Notes: generated by a model not told the origin, from the sequence alone. 64,000 bases of DNA from an uncultured Acidobacteriota bacterium (GCA_963728305.1 CAVSKE010000014.1:142374-206373); one strand, 5' to 3'. Shown: positions 9,894 through 22,546, counted from the first letter of the stretch. Made by a program: numbers and translations.

Positions 9894-10938
9894 ACTCCTG
9901 ATCGCCTTCCACGGTGTGGACGACGAAACCTGTAATCGCCCCGCTCGCATCCTTGCGGAAGATCACCGGAGCCCCTGAGGCCGAGAAGGTCGTCTCCGAT
10001 TCCGCGACCAGCGGCAGCTTGCCGCCACCCGGAGGGACGACGTATAAACGGCCGTTCTCGAACGCCACCGAAGACGGAATCGACTTCCCTTCCATCTTCA
10101 TGTCGTACGGACCGGCGTAGCTGGCGAGGACGTCGGCCGGGATCACGAACTCCGCCTGCGCCTTCCGCTTGTCGTCATCGGTGATCGTGAAGTGCTGCCG
10201 TGACGACTTGTCGTTCTCGTTGCAGACGTTCTCAAGCAGCTCGGTGTCGGCCATGAGCTGAGCCTGCAGCGTGATCGTCCACGGACGCGTGTAGGCCTTC
10301 GGATCGTTATACGTGATCCGAATCTCCATGTGACCGAAGTCCTTGCGTGTGTACCGCTCGGTGACGCGCAGCCCTTCGGTGTGCGGATGTCCGGAGTAGT
10401 CGAGCCACGTGCGATCGTTGAAACCGGCGCTCTCGACGACCATCGAATCGCCTTCCCAGCGCCCCACCGAATAGCCCATCCACGTCGGCTGCGGATCCTC
10501 GGGCAGCGCGCGGCCGTCGATCAGGATCTGCCGATACGGTCCGCCCTCGGGAAGCATCGCCAGCGTGCCGCCGTGGTGGATGAACTTGAAGGTACCCAGG
10601 TTGTAGTTCGGCCCGATTTCCGGCATGCAGCGATACAACGGGTGATCGGTGCTGAAGCGCGCGGTGCGCTCTCTCGCCAGTGCTGCAGCCCACGGCAGAA
10701 TCTCAGCCGGCTTCAAGTCCGTCGTCACATCGAGCTGATAGCCCAGAGCGTCGTTTCGCCATATCCCCGAGAGATCGGGCTTGCCTTCAGGCGTCCTTGG
10801 CGCCGGCGCCGTGAGATTCGGCTTGCCGTCCTTGGTGCGTGGGATACCTGGCGTCTTCGTCGTCAACCACTGCGCATCCGCCGGCATCGCGGCCGAAAGC
10901 AGCATCGCGAGGGCGACGCCGAGCAAAGCGGGCTGCAT
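9871..10938 (-). CDS. secreted protein of uncharacterised family (paralogue P3, with extra C-terminal domain)
   Basis: ORF 9871..11007, start at internal ATG giving signal peptide MQPALLGVALAMLLSAAMPADAQ. Shares GKPDLSGIW, YRCMP.G, GYSVGRWEGDSMVVESAGF, DPKAYTRPW and E..C.EN blocks with 21701..22543. Confidence 0.6.
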   Translation of the reverse strand: MQPALLGVALAMLLSAAMPADAQWLTTKTPGIPRTKDGKPNLTAPAPRTPEGKPDLSGIWRNDALGYQLDVTTDLKPAEILPWAAALARERTARFSTDHPLYRCMPEIGPNYNLGTFKFIHHGGTLAMLPEGGPYRQILIDGRALPEDPQPTWMGYSVGRWEGDSMVVESAGFNDRTWLDYSGHPHTEGLRVTERYTRKDFGHMEIRITYNDPKAYTRPWTITLQAQLMADTELLENVCNENDKSSRQHFTITDDDKRKAQAEFVIPADVLASYAGPYDMKMEGKSIPSSVAFENGRLYVVPPGGGKLPLVAESETTFSASGAPVIFRKDASGAITGFVVHTVEGDQEFIRAPRP

Positions 10939-11003
10939 GGCCGGATTATAGCGACGAGGCACGCTGCACGATCTTTCCTCTTGACACGGCTCGGCCGGTT
11001 CGC

Positions 11004-11037
11004 GCACAGTCTTACTGTACTAGTTCAGTAGCACAGT
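11004..11037. promoter_or_regulatory. candidate GntR/YtrA operator (overlapping ACAGT/ACTGT half-sites)
   Basis: CACAGTCTTACTGTACTAGTTCAGTAGCACAGT. Inverted repeat ACTGTACTA (11014-11022) / TAGCACAGT (11029-11037) with 1 mismatch, plus ACAGT-CTT-ACTGT. Lies 17 nt upstream of the regulator ATG. Confidence 0.35.
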
Positions 11038-11053
11038 TGACGGTAGTGCAGCC

Positions 11054-11455
11054 ATGATTTTCCGGCCGAATCCCTCGCTCGGCGTGCCGATCTACCTCCA
11101 GCTGATGGAGCAGGTGAAGCACGCCATCGAAACCGGAGCGCTGCGGCCGGGCGAACAGCTGCCGGGCATCCGGCCGCTGGCGGAGGAGCTGGTGATCAAC
11201 CCGAACACGGTCGCCAAGGCCTATCGCGAGCTCGAGCACGAAGGCGTCATCGAGTTGCGTCATGGCGCCGGGGCGTTCGTCTCGGGCCAGTCGGCCAAAA
11301 GCAAGAAGGCCGCCGACAGCCTGCGGACGGCGCAGCCGATCGTCGTCGCCGCAGTCGAACGGCTGCGCGACCGCGGACTGACCGACGAGGAGATCCGGCG
11401 CTTGTTCGAAGCGGAGCTCGCCGGGCTGACCAAATCAGGAGGACGGGGTGTCTGA
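11054..11455 (+). CDS. GntR-family transcriptional regulator (YtrA subfamily)
   Basis: PIYLQLMEQVKHAIETGALRPGEQLPGIRPLAEELVINPNTVAKAYRELEHEGVIELRHGAGAFV is a GntR wHTH; the short C-terminus is typical of YtrA. Confidence 0.75.
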   Translation: MIFRPNPSLGVPIYLQLMEQVKHAIETGALRPGEQLPGIRPLAEELVINPNTVAKAYRELEHEGVIELRHGAGAFVSGQSAKSKKAADSLRTAQPIVVAAVERLRDRGLTDEEIRRLFEAELAGLTKSGGRGV

Positions 11456-12348
11456 GGCATTGGCGATCGAAACCGTGGATCTGCGGAAGCGCTACGACGC
11501 CACCGATGCGCTGCGCGGATTGAACCTCCGCGTGCCGCAAGGCTCCATCTTCGGATTCCTCGGCCGCAACGGTGCCGGCAAGACGACGACGATCAAGCTG
11601 CTACTCGGCATGGCCCGCCCCACCGCCGGCCAGGCGCGCGTGCTGAACCTTCCCGTGGAGGTGCCGTCGGCGAGCGTCGACCATTCGGCAGCGCACCGGC
11701 TTCGTGGACGAGAACAAGGCGCTCTACGACTACATGACCGTGGAGGAGACCATCCGCTTCACTGCCGCGTTCTATCCCGGATGGCGGCGCGATCTCGAGA
11801 AGCGCTACCTGCAGTCGTTCGAACTGCCGTTGCACCAGAAGACGAAGGCGCTCTCGCTGGGCATGCGCAGCAAACTGGCGCTGCTTCTGGCGCTGTGCCG
11901 CGGCGTGGAGCTGCTGGTGCTCGACGAGCCGACGTCGGGTCTCGATCCGGCCGCCAGCGAAGAAGTCCTGCAGGCGATCGTCACGCACGTCTCGACAGAG
12001 AACCTGACCGTGTTCTTCTCGTCGCATCAACTGGCCGACGTCGATCAGGTTGCCGATCACGTTGCCATCATCGACGCCGGACGGACCGTGGTCACCGGCG
12101 CACTCGAAGATCTGCGCGCGCAGTATCGCCGCGTGCAGCTGGTCTTCAATGGCGAGGCCCCCGACATCACCTTTCATACGCCTGGCATCGTGCGCGTCCG
12201 CAGACAGGGGCGCGTCCTCACGGCCCTGTCCAGCGCCGGCAGCGACGCGCTCATCGAAGAAGCGATGCGCTTTGCGCCAGTCTCGGCCGACGTGCTGCCG
12301 GTGACGTTGAAGGAAATCTTTCTCGAATCCGTTGCGGTGGAGGACTGA
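11448..12348 (+). CDS. ABC transporter ATP-binding protein, frame disruption near 11690
   Basis: Walker A GRNGAGKTTT in ORF 11448... ORF 11704..12348 carries the signature LSLGMRSK, Walker B LLVLDEPTSGLD and an H-loop SSHQL. Confidence 0.75.
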
Positions 12349-12349
12349 C

Positions 12350-13126
12350 ATGCTCTGGCACAAGGCCTGGCTCGAAACCCGTGGACGATTCCTTGGCGGT
12401 CTCGCTCTCAGCATGATTATCGGCTTTGGCGTGATCTACGACTTCCGCGCCACCGAGCGACTGCTGCCGCTGGTCCGCAACATGGACCCGTCGGCACTCG
12501 ACACGAGCGGACCGTTCGGAGCGGCGATCAAGGAAAGCCTCGCCGCGCAGCAGACCTTTCGCGGGTTCGTCTGGTGGCAGTGGTACCGGCAGAACCTGAC
12601 CTATCTCGTGGTGATCTTTGGCGCGCTGCTCGGCGCGGGTGGACTGCTCGCGAAATCGGGAGGCGCGTCCCTCTTCACCTTGTCACTTCCCGTCTCGCGC
12701 AACCGGCTGATTGGCACGCGCGCCGCGATCGGACTGGGCGAGCTCCTGGCGATCGCGATCGTGCCATCGCTCGTGCTGCCACTCCTGGCGCCGGCCATCG
12801 GTCAGAGCTACAGCGTATCTGACGTGATCATTCACGGCACCTGCATGTTCATCGTCGGATCGGTGTTCTTCAGCCTCGCTGCGCTGCTGTCGAACGACTA
12901 CACCGACACGTGGCGGCCCGTCCTCATCGCCTGCATCGTCGCTGCGTTCCTTGGAATGCTTGAGTACGTTCCGGCGATCGCGCCGTACGGCATCTTTCAC
13001 GTCATGAATGGTGAGGCCTACTACCGGCAGGCGGGCCTGCCGTGGATCGGGCTGCTGGTGAGCGCCGGCATCAGCGCCGCGCTGCTTCGCACGGCAGCTG
13101 TCGACCTCGCACGTCGGGACTTCTGA
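12350..13126 (+). CDS. ABC-2-type permease-like membrane protein
   Basis: ATG 12350 immediately follows the ATPase stop (TGACATG). Six hydrophobic segments. Position matches the YtrA-ABC operon layout. Confidence 0.5.
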   Translation: MLWHKAWLETRGRFLGGLALSMIIGFGVIYDFRATERLLPLVRNMDPSALDTSGPFGAAIKESLAAQQTFRGFVWWQWYRQNLTYLVVIFGALLGAGGLLAKSGGASLFTLSLPVSRNRLIGTRAAIGLGELLAIAIVPSLVLPLLAPAIGQSYSVSDVIIHGTCMFIVGSVFFSLAALLSNDYTDTWRPVLIACIVAAFLGMLEYVPAIAPYGIFHVMNGEAYYRQAGLPWIGLLVSAGISAALLRTAAVDLARRDF

Positions 13127-13144
13127 TCGCACACCCATGAAACC

Positions 13145-13166
13145 GTAGGAGCCGCCTTCAGGCGGC
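13145..13166 (+). repeat. REP-like hairpin with GTAG head
   Basis: GTAGGA-GCCGCC-TTCA-GGCGGC, intergenic. Confidence 0.5.
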
Positions 13167-13183
13167 CTGAAAAGGAGACAATC

Positions 13184-13894
13184 ATGCGCGTCGCACTGCC
13201 ATCTCTGCTCGTCGTGTCTCTGCTCGCCGCTCCAAGCGTGGCGGGTGCTCAGTCCATTGACCCGTCTGGCCATTGGGAAGGGGCGATCGCCATTCCTGGT
13301 GGTGAGATTCCGTTCCAGATCGATCTGGCGAGGAACGCTCAGGGCAAACTGGTCGCGACCTACAGCCGGGCCGAGGAGAATCTGAAAGGCCTGCCCCTGG
13401 CCAACGTCACGCTCGACGGTCGCGCGATCGCCTTTGAGCTGACCGTGGACGGCGGCGTGAAGTTCCAGGGGATCTTCTACGCGGATGGCAAGACGATCTC
13501 CGGCGACGTGACCGCCGCGATTGGAACCGCGCCGTTCAACCTGCGCCTCACCGGTGACACGCAGCTGGCCGCCGCGCCGAAGAACGCGCCAATCGACAAA
13601 GCTCTCGAGGGCGTGTGGCACGGCACGCTGGCGCTGCCCGGCAAGAACCTCCGTCTCGTGCTCCAGTTGTCGAACGAGACGGACGGAACCGCCCTGGGCT
13701 CGATCGTCAGCGTCGATCAGGGCGGCATCGAGTTTTCGCTCGGCCTGACGCAGAAGGCGAACGGCCTCACGCTCAATACTCCGGCCATCGGCGGCGACTT
13801 CTATGCGGGTACGTTGACTGCCGCGGGCGAATTGGCCGGCACGTTTACGCAGGGGCAGGTGACGGCGCCGCTCACTTTCGTGCGCGCGAAGTGA
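13184..13894 (+). CDS. secreted hypothetical protein with an internal tandem duplication
   Basis: Signal peptide MRVALPSLLVVSLLAAPSVAGAQ. The two ~100-aa halves are similar (GHWEGAIAIPGGEIPFQIDL... versus GVWHGTLALPGKNLRLVLQL...). Confidence 0.5.
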   Translation: MRVALPSLLVVSLLAAPSVAGAQSIDPSGHWEGAIAIPGGEIPFQIDLARNAQGKLVATYSRAEENLKGLPLANVTLDGRAIAFELTVDGGVKFQGIFYADGKTISGDVTAAIGTAPFNLRLTGDTQLAAAPKNAPIDKALEGVWHGTLALPGKNLRLVLQLSNETDGTALGSIVSVDQGGIEFSLGLTQKANGLTLNTPAIGGDFYAGTLTAAGELAGTFTQGQVTAPLTFVRAK

Positions 13895-13897
13895 GCG

Positions 13898-14530
13898 CTA
13901 GGTGCCCACGCGTTCGACGAGCACCGGCCACGCGCGTGTCCAGTGCAGCTCGCCGAAATACTGCGACGGCCGATTGTGCGTGAAGTACTCGTAGCTGTGG
14001 TCGTCGGTCTGGTTGTCCATCGCTCCGGCACCGAGAATGCCGTGGGCGAGCTCGTGGACGGCAACCCGGCCGACGCCGCGACCGATCCCGGCGACGAGTT
14101 GCTGGCGCGTCGTGCCGGCGGGTGCGTGTGCGATCGCGGCCATGAGGACTTCGGTGAAGTCCACGAGACTGCGCGCACCGAGCGGCCCCATGGCGAACGT
14201 CTCGCCGGCGTTCGGGAGTTTCTGCCCTTTGCGCCGTTCGAGGGCCAGCTGCACCCTGACCGTCCATGGCGCTTCCCTGCGCTCGGTGACGGTGACTCTC
14301 AGCCCTGAGAAGGCGCGGGTCAGCTCCTCTCGAGAGGTCCGTTTGATCGCCTCGACCTCGGGGACGGTCAGCGGCCCGCCGAGTGCGGCGGTCACCGGTT
14401 CGCTAAACGTGTAGGGAAACTCTTCGTACCAGAATCCGACGTTGACGCCGGTGCGCGACACACCGCGCGACAACACGACACCGAGGACCGCGACGACGGC
14501 GACCGCCGCGAACCCTATGCGCCAGTTCAT
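13898..14530 (-). CDS. membrane-anchored hypothetical protein with HExxH motif (putative zinc metalloprotease)
   Basis: N-terminal TM segment IGFAAVAVVAVLGVVL; VAVHELAHGILG motif. Confidence 0.45.
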   Translation of the reverse strand: MNWRIGFAAVAVVAVLGVVLSRGVSRTGVNVGFWYEEFPYTFSEPVTAALGGPLTVPEVEAIKRTSREELTRAFSGLRVTVTERREAPWTVRVQLALERRKGQKLPNAGETFAMGPLGARSLVDFTEVLMAAIAHAPAGTTRQQLVAGIGRGVGRVAVHELAHGILGAGAMDNQTDDHSYEYFTHNRPSQYFGELHWTRAWPVLVERVGT

Positions 14531-14539
14531 GCGAGCTCG

Positions 14540-15106
14540 CTATTTTCGCGCCGCCTTGAGCGCGCCGGTCCACCAGGTGAGATTGTCGAGGAGTGCCTTC
14601 GCGGCCTGCTGATTGCCCTCGGTGTCGATCCCGCTCATGTCCTGAATGAACCACGGATTGGGGATGTGCACCGCGTAGCGGATCGGCACCATGTCCAACT
14701 CCACGGCCACGGCGCGGAGCTGCTCCACACCTCGCGCACCGCCGACGCCGCCCCAGCTGACGAATGCGACCGCCTTTCTCGCCCACGCGTAATAGACGTA
14801 GTCGAGCGCATTTTTCAGCACCGCCGGATAGCCGTGGTTGTACTCGGGCGAGACGATGATGAACCCGTCGGCTTCGCGAACCTTGTCGCGCCACTTCACC
14901 ACGGCAGGATTCGTATAGCCGTCTTTCGCGAGCCCCGGCGGCATCGCTTCTTCGAAAAACGGCAGCGGATAGTCGCGGAGGTCAAGGAGCTCGACGTCAA
15001 GATCCGTCCGCTTGCTGGCAAGATCGAACATCCACTGCGCGGGCTTCTCGCTGAAACGATTCGGCCGCGTGCTTCCAACGATCACTTTGATCTTGAGTGC
15101 GCTCAT
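14540..15106 (-). CDS. NAD(P)H-dependent FMN reductase family oxidoreductase
   Basis: Intact 188-aa ORF: KIKVIVGSTRPNRFSEKPAQW...ADGFIIVSPEYNHGYPAVLKNALDY is the flavodoxin-like FMN_red signature. Confidence 0.8.
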   Translation of the reverse strand: MSALKIKVIVGSTRPNRFSEKPAQWMFDLASKRTDLDVELLDLRDYPLPFFEEAMPPGLAKDGYTNPAVVKWRDKVREADGFIIVSPEYNHGYPAVLKNALDYVYYAWARKAVAFVSWGGVGGARGVEQLRAVAVELDMVPIRYAVHIPNPWFIQDMSGIDTEGNQQAAKALLDNLTWWTGALKAARK

Positions 15107-15777
15107 GCGGCTGACATTGTGGCACAGAGCGCACGCACGACGAACGCGATGGAGCTATTCGGTTTTCCGCCTGCCCTGCGCCGCCAATGCCGCCGCGCCG
15201 GTTCTCGTGGCCTGATATCGATCCTGCAGGAGCAGGATTGGACCCGCCTACGCGATGCCCGCCGCGATCGCCCAGACGACACACAGAGAACAACCCGAAA
15301 CGAAGCGGCCATATCCCCCCGGCGGATGGACGCAATACACATGCCTCAAGCAGCTCGTCTGAGCCAACGCCGCGCCATTCGCGCGATCCAACAACTTCAG
15401 CATCAATGAGTCCGGCTGGCAGCAGACTAATTGGATCGACTAGTAGGACCTTCGTCCGAGAACCTCTAGCGTATGGTGGGCGACCGCGCGTGTGTGTCGC
15501 AAGACTTGTTCGGAGGGGTCAGTTAGTTGCCCGCATCTCTTGCGGAACGATCGCGCCTTGTCCGCTGACCTTGACACGCGGCGCGTGCGGCGGTATTCGT
15601 ACTCTTGTCCACGCCACTCCGACGCGGAGGTTCGTTATGGAGATACCACCGGGCTAGTGGCGCGCAACGGCGATAAGGAGCGATCCGGAAGTTCCTCTCG
15701 ATCCGCTGCGCAATAGAAAGCAAGACCCACATTCTTAGTTCTGGCTCCTGCCAGAATGCGTGGAAGACACGCAAGCA

Positions 15778-15812
15778 CGCCCGACTGCCAGGGCCCCCTG
15801 GTACGTCGGGCG
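15778..15812 (-). terminator. GC-rich hairpin ~45 nt downstream of the MoaD-like stop
   Basis: CGCCCGAC-TG-CCAGG-GCCCC-CCTGG-TAC-GTCGGGCG: 8-bp outer and 5-bp inner stems, with no clear U-tract. Confidence 0.35.
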
Positions 15813-15857
15813 TCATCATGTACGGCCACCGGTTGCGGCGGTCGATGCGCTTTTCCG

Positions 15858-16155
15858 CTACCCGCCAGCCATGGCGCCGACGACGAGGAATGGCTCGGCC
15901 CCACTGGCGACCTTGCTCGGCAGCGGTGTGTCAGGCGGCTCGTGCGACCAGTCTTCTTCGCACGCGAAGAAGCGCAGGAATGGGCGCCGTTGATGCGTGA
16001 CGTGGTCGCGAATCGTGCCGCAGAGGACCGGATAACGCGCTCTCGAGCGCGTCGAGGATCGCCCGCTGCGTGATCGGACCGTCGACCTCGAGCGTCACCT
16101 CGTCCTCGACGCGCGCGAGCGTGCGCAGGTGCATCGGCAGGACGACCCGGATCAT
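15858..16155 (-). CDS. MoaD/ThiS-family ubiquitin-like small protein ending in Gly-Gly, one frame disruption near 16045
   Basis: [39 protein letters not shown], then after a 1-nt shift [59 protein letters not shown]-stop. The ATG overlaps the upstream stop (ATGA). Confidence 0.65.
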
Positions 16156-17268
16156 GACAGCGTCTGCACCTCCACCGAGAGAACTGCCGGGAGATCGCGC
16201 ACGATCGGTGCCCACGTGTCTCCAGCGTCCGACGACCCGTAGACCTGTCCACCAGTCGTTCCGAAGTAGATGCCGCATGAGTCGAGACGATCGACGGCCA
16301 TCGCATCGCGCAGCACGTTCACGTAGCAGTCCTTCTGCGGCAGGCCTTTGGTCAACGGCTCCCATTCGTCGCCGCCCGACCGGCTGCGGAACACACGCAG
16401 CTGGCCGCCCATCGGGTAGTGTTCCGAGTCGCTTGTGATCGGCACCACGTAGATCGTCTGCGGCTCGTGTGCATGCACGTCGATAACGAAGCCGAAGTCG
16501 GTCGGCAGGTTGCCGCTGACCTCACGCCAAGAATCGCCCGGCATCGTCGGTACGCATGATGTCCCAGTGCTTCTGCATGTACAGCACCTTGGGCTGCGAC
16601 GGATGCATCGCGATGCGATGCACGCAGTGACCAACTTCCGCCGTGGGATCGGGAATCTGCTCGGAGCGCAGGCCCTTATTGATCGGCCGCCACGTCGTAC
16701 CGCCGTCGTCGGTGCGGAATGCTCCGGCGGCTGAGATGGCTATGAACATACGCTGTTCGTTGGTCGGATCGAGCACGATGGTGTGCAGGCCGAGGCCGCC
16801 GGCGCCGGGCGACCAGTGCGGACCGGAGCCATGACCGCGCAGTCCCGGCAGCTCGTGCCAGTTCTGCCCGCCGTCGGTCGTACGGAACAACGCGGCGTCC
16901 TCGACGCCGGCATAGACCGTATCCGGATCCGTCAGCGACGGCTCGAGATGCCAGACTCGCTTGAACTCCCACGGATGCGGCGTGCCGTCGTACCACTGAT
17001 GCGTGCCGGGAACGCCGTCATAGACGAACTTGTTGCCGACCGGCTCCCAGGTCTTGCCGCCATCATTCGAGCGCTGAATGAGTTGGCCGAACCAGCCGCT
17101 GCTCTGCGATGCGTAAATTCGGTTCGGGTCCGCAGGCGATCCCTTGAGGTGATAGATCTCCCAGCCTCCGAAAAACGGTCCGCTCACGTCCCACTTGCTG
17201 CGCTTCCCGTCTGACGTCAGCACGAACGCGCCCTTGCGCGTGCCCACCAGCAGCCGCACTCCGCTCAT
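16152..17268 (-). CDS. BNR/Asp-box beta-propeller protein (sialidase-like fold), frame disruption near 16545
   Basis: ATG 17268 with AGGAAGG upstream. Asp-box-like repeats [36 protein letters not shown] and SSDAGDTWA across ORFs 16522..17544 and 16152..16634. Confidence 0.65.
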
Positions 17269-17389
17269 TGCAAATCCTTCCTGGCGCCCCACACATCCAC
17301 GTGCCGTCGCGTTTGAATACACGAGATGCCGCGGAGGGCTCCTCAGTATTGTCGATCGACGCCGCACGAGATCGACATACACGTGATGA

Positions 17390-18934
17390 ATGACGGAACG
17401 GCGGTTGGCGTCAAACTTGCCGCTCGACTGCGTCAGGATGCGTGTATCAAGAATACGGCGCCTCATCGAGCGGCTGCGCGCACTGCTCAATGTGCCGGCG
17501 CAGTTGGAGAGTCTGTCGCGGCAGTGCCACGCGGAGTTCGGCAATCTCAGGGGCGCGCTGAAAAGTCAGGCGCATCGTCTCGATACCGTCAGGGCTCGCC
17601 AGTCCAGTCAGTACCGGCAGATCGAGCACGAGACTCGTCAGCTCCAGGACGAGGTTCGTGATCGTCTTCTGCAGTACCACTTGCAGTTGGGGCGCCTCGC
17701 GAGTCTCATCGAAGGCCGAACGGACGAGCCACAGACGTATTCGGCCCGCATTCCCTTTACGGTCGAGTTGCGGGCGAGCGCGGTGCCGCCCCCTCCGGCG
17801 GACGGCGAGTGGCTCGAGTTGTCGCACTGCCAGGGTTGCGGCACGGCCGATCGCACCATCGTGTGCGAATGGAACAAGTCGATACTCGCGGATGAGGCGC
17901 CCAGCGACGATTCGACGATCGCGAACTACGCGGTCTGTCACGGGTGCGGCATCGTCTACGCGACCCGGCGGCCAATCGGCGAACGACACCGGGCGCTGAT
18001 GGACGACTTCCCCACCACGATCGGCCGCGATCCCGAAGCCGCCGCGGCCAGTGGCATGCTCAACCCGTTCCCGCTGTCCGACGAGGACCGGGCGCGCTAC
18101 CGGCGGCTGATTGCCGGCGGCATCTTCGTGTCCGATCACGAACGCCGCGAGCACCTCTCCCAAGTCTTCAAGGATCGTCTCGAGAATGCCTCACATGTCG
18201 AGCTCCTGGGCAGCCTGCTCGATCTGAACGGCGTACGAGCGCTCGAGATCCGGTCGCGCGCCGGCACGATCGCACACGGACTCCGTCGTTTGTACGGGGC
18301 GAGTGTGGCCGTCATGCCCATCTTCGAGAGCCAGCGCCTGATCGTCGAGGAGTTGTACGGCATCGAGTGCTCGGATCTGATCGACTACGACCAGTTCACG
18401 ATCCCGTTCGAGGGTCGATTCGATCTGATCGTGGCCAACCACATGCTGACGCACATCGTGCGGCTCGATCGGTTCTTCAGCGAGCTTCGCGCGCACCTGC
18501 GGCCAGGCGGACACCTCTATCTGTACAACGAGCTCGATGAAGCGTTCGTCTTCGACTCGGGCAAATCGATCGTCAACTCGCTGAACCCGGTGCACCTGCA
18601 GACCTTCGATCGCACCTCGCTCATGCGACTGCTCAAGGCCAACGGGTTCGATGTGACGTTCATCAAGCGACGGAACGGCTTCCTGCTCTGCATCGCGACG
18701 TACACCGGGGTTCGCGAGCTGTCGCCGATCAGCGCTGATGAGCGTGAGACGCGGATCGCCGCCTACGCGCGCGGACGTGCCCACGCGATTCTCCGGGCGC
18801 CCGAGCAGGTGCGCACGCGATTCGCCGCCGAGTGGCGCCACGCGGTGGAAACGGGTGTAGCGGCCGGCATCGCCCGATTCGACGCCAAGGGCGTCCTGCG
18901 GATCGCCAAGAGTGACGGCGCGGACGCCGGCTAG
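17390..18934 (+). CDS. class I SAM-dependent methyltransferase with N-terminal coiled coil and Cys4 zinc ribbon
   Basis: Intact 514-aa ORF. CQGCG...CHGCG pairs; methyltransferase core [15 protein letters not shown]...[13 protein letters not shown]...LRPGGHLYL. Confidence 0.6.
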   Translation: MTERRLASNLPLDCVRMRVSRIRRLIERLRALLNVPAQLESLSRQCHAEFGNLRGALKSQAHRLDTVRARQSSQYRQIEHETRQLQDEVRDRLLQYHLQLGRLASLIEGRTDEPQTYSARIPFTVELRASAVPPPPADGEWLELSHCQGCGTADRTIVCEWNKSILADEAPSDDSTIANYAVCHGCGIVYATRRPIGERHRALMDDFPTTIGRDPEAAAASGMLNPFPLSDEDRARYRRLIAGGIFVSDHERREHLSQVFKDRLENASHVELLGSLLDLNGVRALEIRSRAGTIAHGLRRLYGASVAVMPIFESQRLIVEELYGIECSDLIDYDQFTIPFEGRFDLIVANHMLTHIVRLDRFFSELRAHLRPGGHLYLYNELDEAFVFDSGKSIVNSLNPVHLQTFDRTSLMRLLKANGFDVTFIKRRNGFLLCIATYTGVRELSPISADERETRIAAYARGRAHAILRAPEQVRTRFAAEWRHAVETGVAAGIARFDAKGVLRIAKSDGADAG

Positions 18935-18942
18935 GCCACTCG

Positions 18943-21600
<2,658 letters not shown>

Positions 21601-21635
21601 TTTTCAACGATACCCCACGTCTGCAGAGCCTGCAT

Positions 21636-21661
21636 GCAGGGCGCGTCCTTTTGGACGCGCC
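21636..21661 (+). repeat. REP-like hairpin (GCAG head variant)
   Basis: GCAG-GGCGCGTCC-TTTT-GGACGCGCC. Same stem sequence as the copy at 25948..25973. Confidence 0.5.
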
Positions 21662-21700
21662 ATGAAGGTCCTCGCTTGACGATGGAGTTACGATGCCGCC

Positions 21701-22543
21701 ATGCAAACTTGTCGCGTTTGGATGGTCGTGGTCGCCCTGTGTGCGTGCGTGCCGGCACAGCCTCATGCGCAGTGGCCGGCACATCCCGATCGCAACGCGC
21801 CGCGAATGCCGGACGGCAGGGTCAATTTGCAGGCGCCCGCGCCGAGGACGGCTGACGGCAAGCCTGATTTCACCGGCGTCTGGCAGAACGCGTGGTTTGT
21901 CGAGGGCCGGGTGCAGGCGCTGCCCGTCTCACCGCCCGGGGAGCCGCCGGCGGCGACGTTCGGCGACGTCTTCGCCAACTTCAAAGGCGACCTGCCACTT
22001 CAGCCGTGGGCAGCCAAGCTCAAGGCAGATCGCCACGAGCAGAACAGCAAGGAGAACCCTGACGCGCATTGCCTGCCGATGGGTCTGATCCAGTTTCACA
22101 TGCACCCGCAGCCGCGGAAGGTGATCCAGACGACGGACGTCCTCGCGATTCTGTATGAGGGCAACGGCGGCGTGCGGCAGATCCTCACTGACGGCCGGTC
22201 ACTGCCGACCGGCGATCCGCAGCCGTGGTGGTATGGCTATTCAATCGGACGATGGGACGGCGACACGCTGGTCGTCGAGACCAATGGCTTCCGCGATGGC
22301 GGCTGGCTCGACATCCAGGGCAGTCCGCTGACCGATGCCGCGAAGATGACCGAACGATGGCAGCGGCTGAACTATGGAACGATGCAGATCGACATCACCA
22401 TCGACGATCCGAAGGCGTACACCCGTCCGTTCGCACTCAGAATCCACCATCGCCTGATGACGGACACCAAGTTCGATGCCGAGCTGATTGAGTTCATCTG
22501 CCAGGAGAACAACAAGGCGCCGACGCTGATGGTCGGCAAGTAG
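21701..22543 (+). CDS. secreted protein of uncharacterised family (paralogue P4)
   Basis: Intact 280-aa ORF. Signal peptide MQTCRVWMVVVALCACVPAQPHAQ; GKPDFTGVW, HCLPMG, GYSIGRWDGDTLVVETNGF, DPKAYTRPF and EFICQENN blocks. Confidence 0.6.
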   Translation: MQTCRVWMVVVALCACVPAQPHAQWPAHPDRNAPRMPDGRVNLQAPAPRTADGKPDFTGVWQNAWFVEGRVQALPVSPPGEPPAATFGDVFANFKGDLPLQPWAAKLKADRHEQNSKENPDAHCLPMGLIQFHMHPQPRKVIQTTDVLAILYEGNGGVRQILTDGRSLPTGDPQPWWYGYSIGRWDGDTLVVETNGFRDGGWLDIQGSPLTDAAKMTERWQRLNYGTMQIDITIDDPKAYTRPFALRIHHRLMTDTKFDAELIEFICQENNKAPTLMVGK

Positions 22544-22546
22544 CAG

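Noticed and set aside
5013-13621. Antisense or off-frame ORFs such as 5013..6023(-), 9150..9950(-), 10330..11031(+), 11593..12414(-) and 12683..13621(-)
   Set aside because: They have the same compositional signature (R/A/G/P-rich, no motifs), and each is fully overlapped by a gene with recognisable domains on the other strand or frame.
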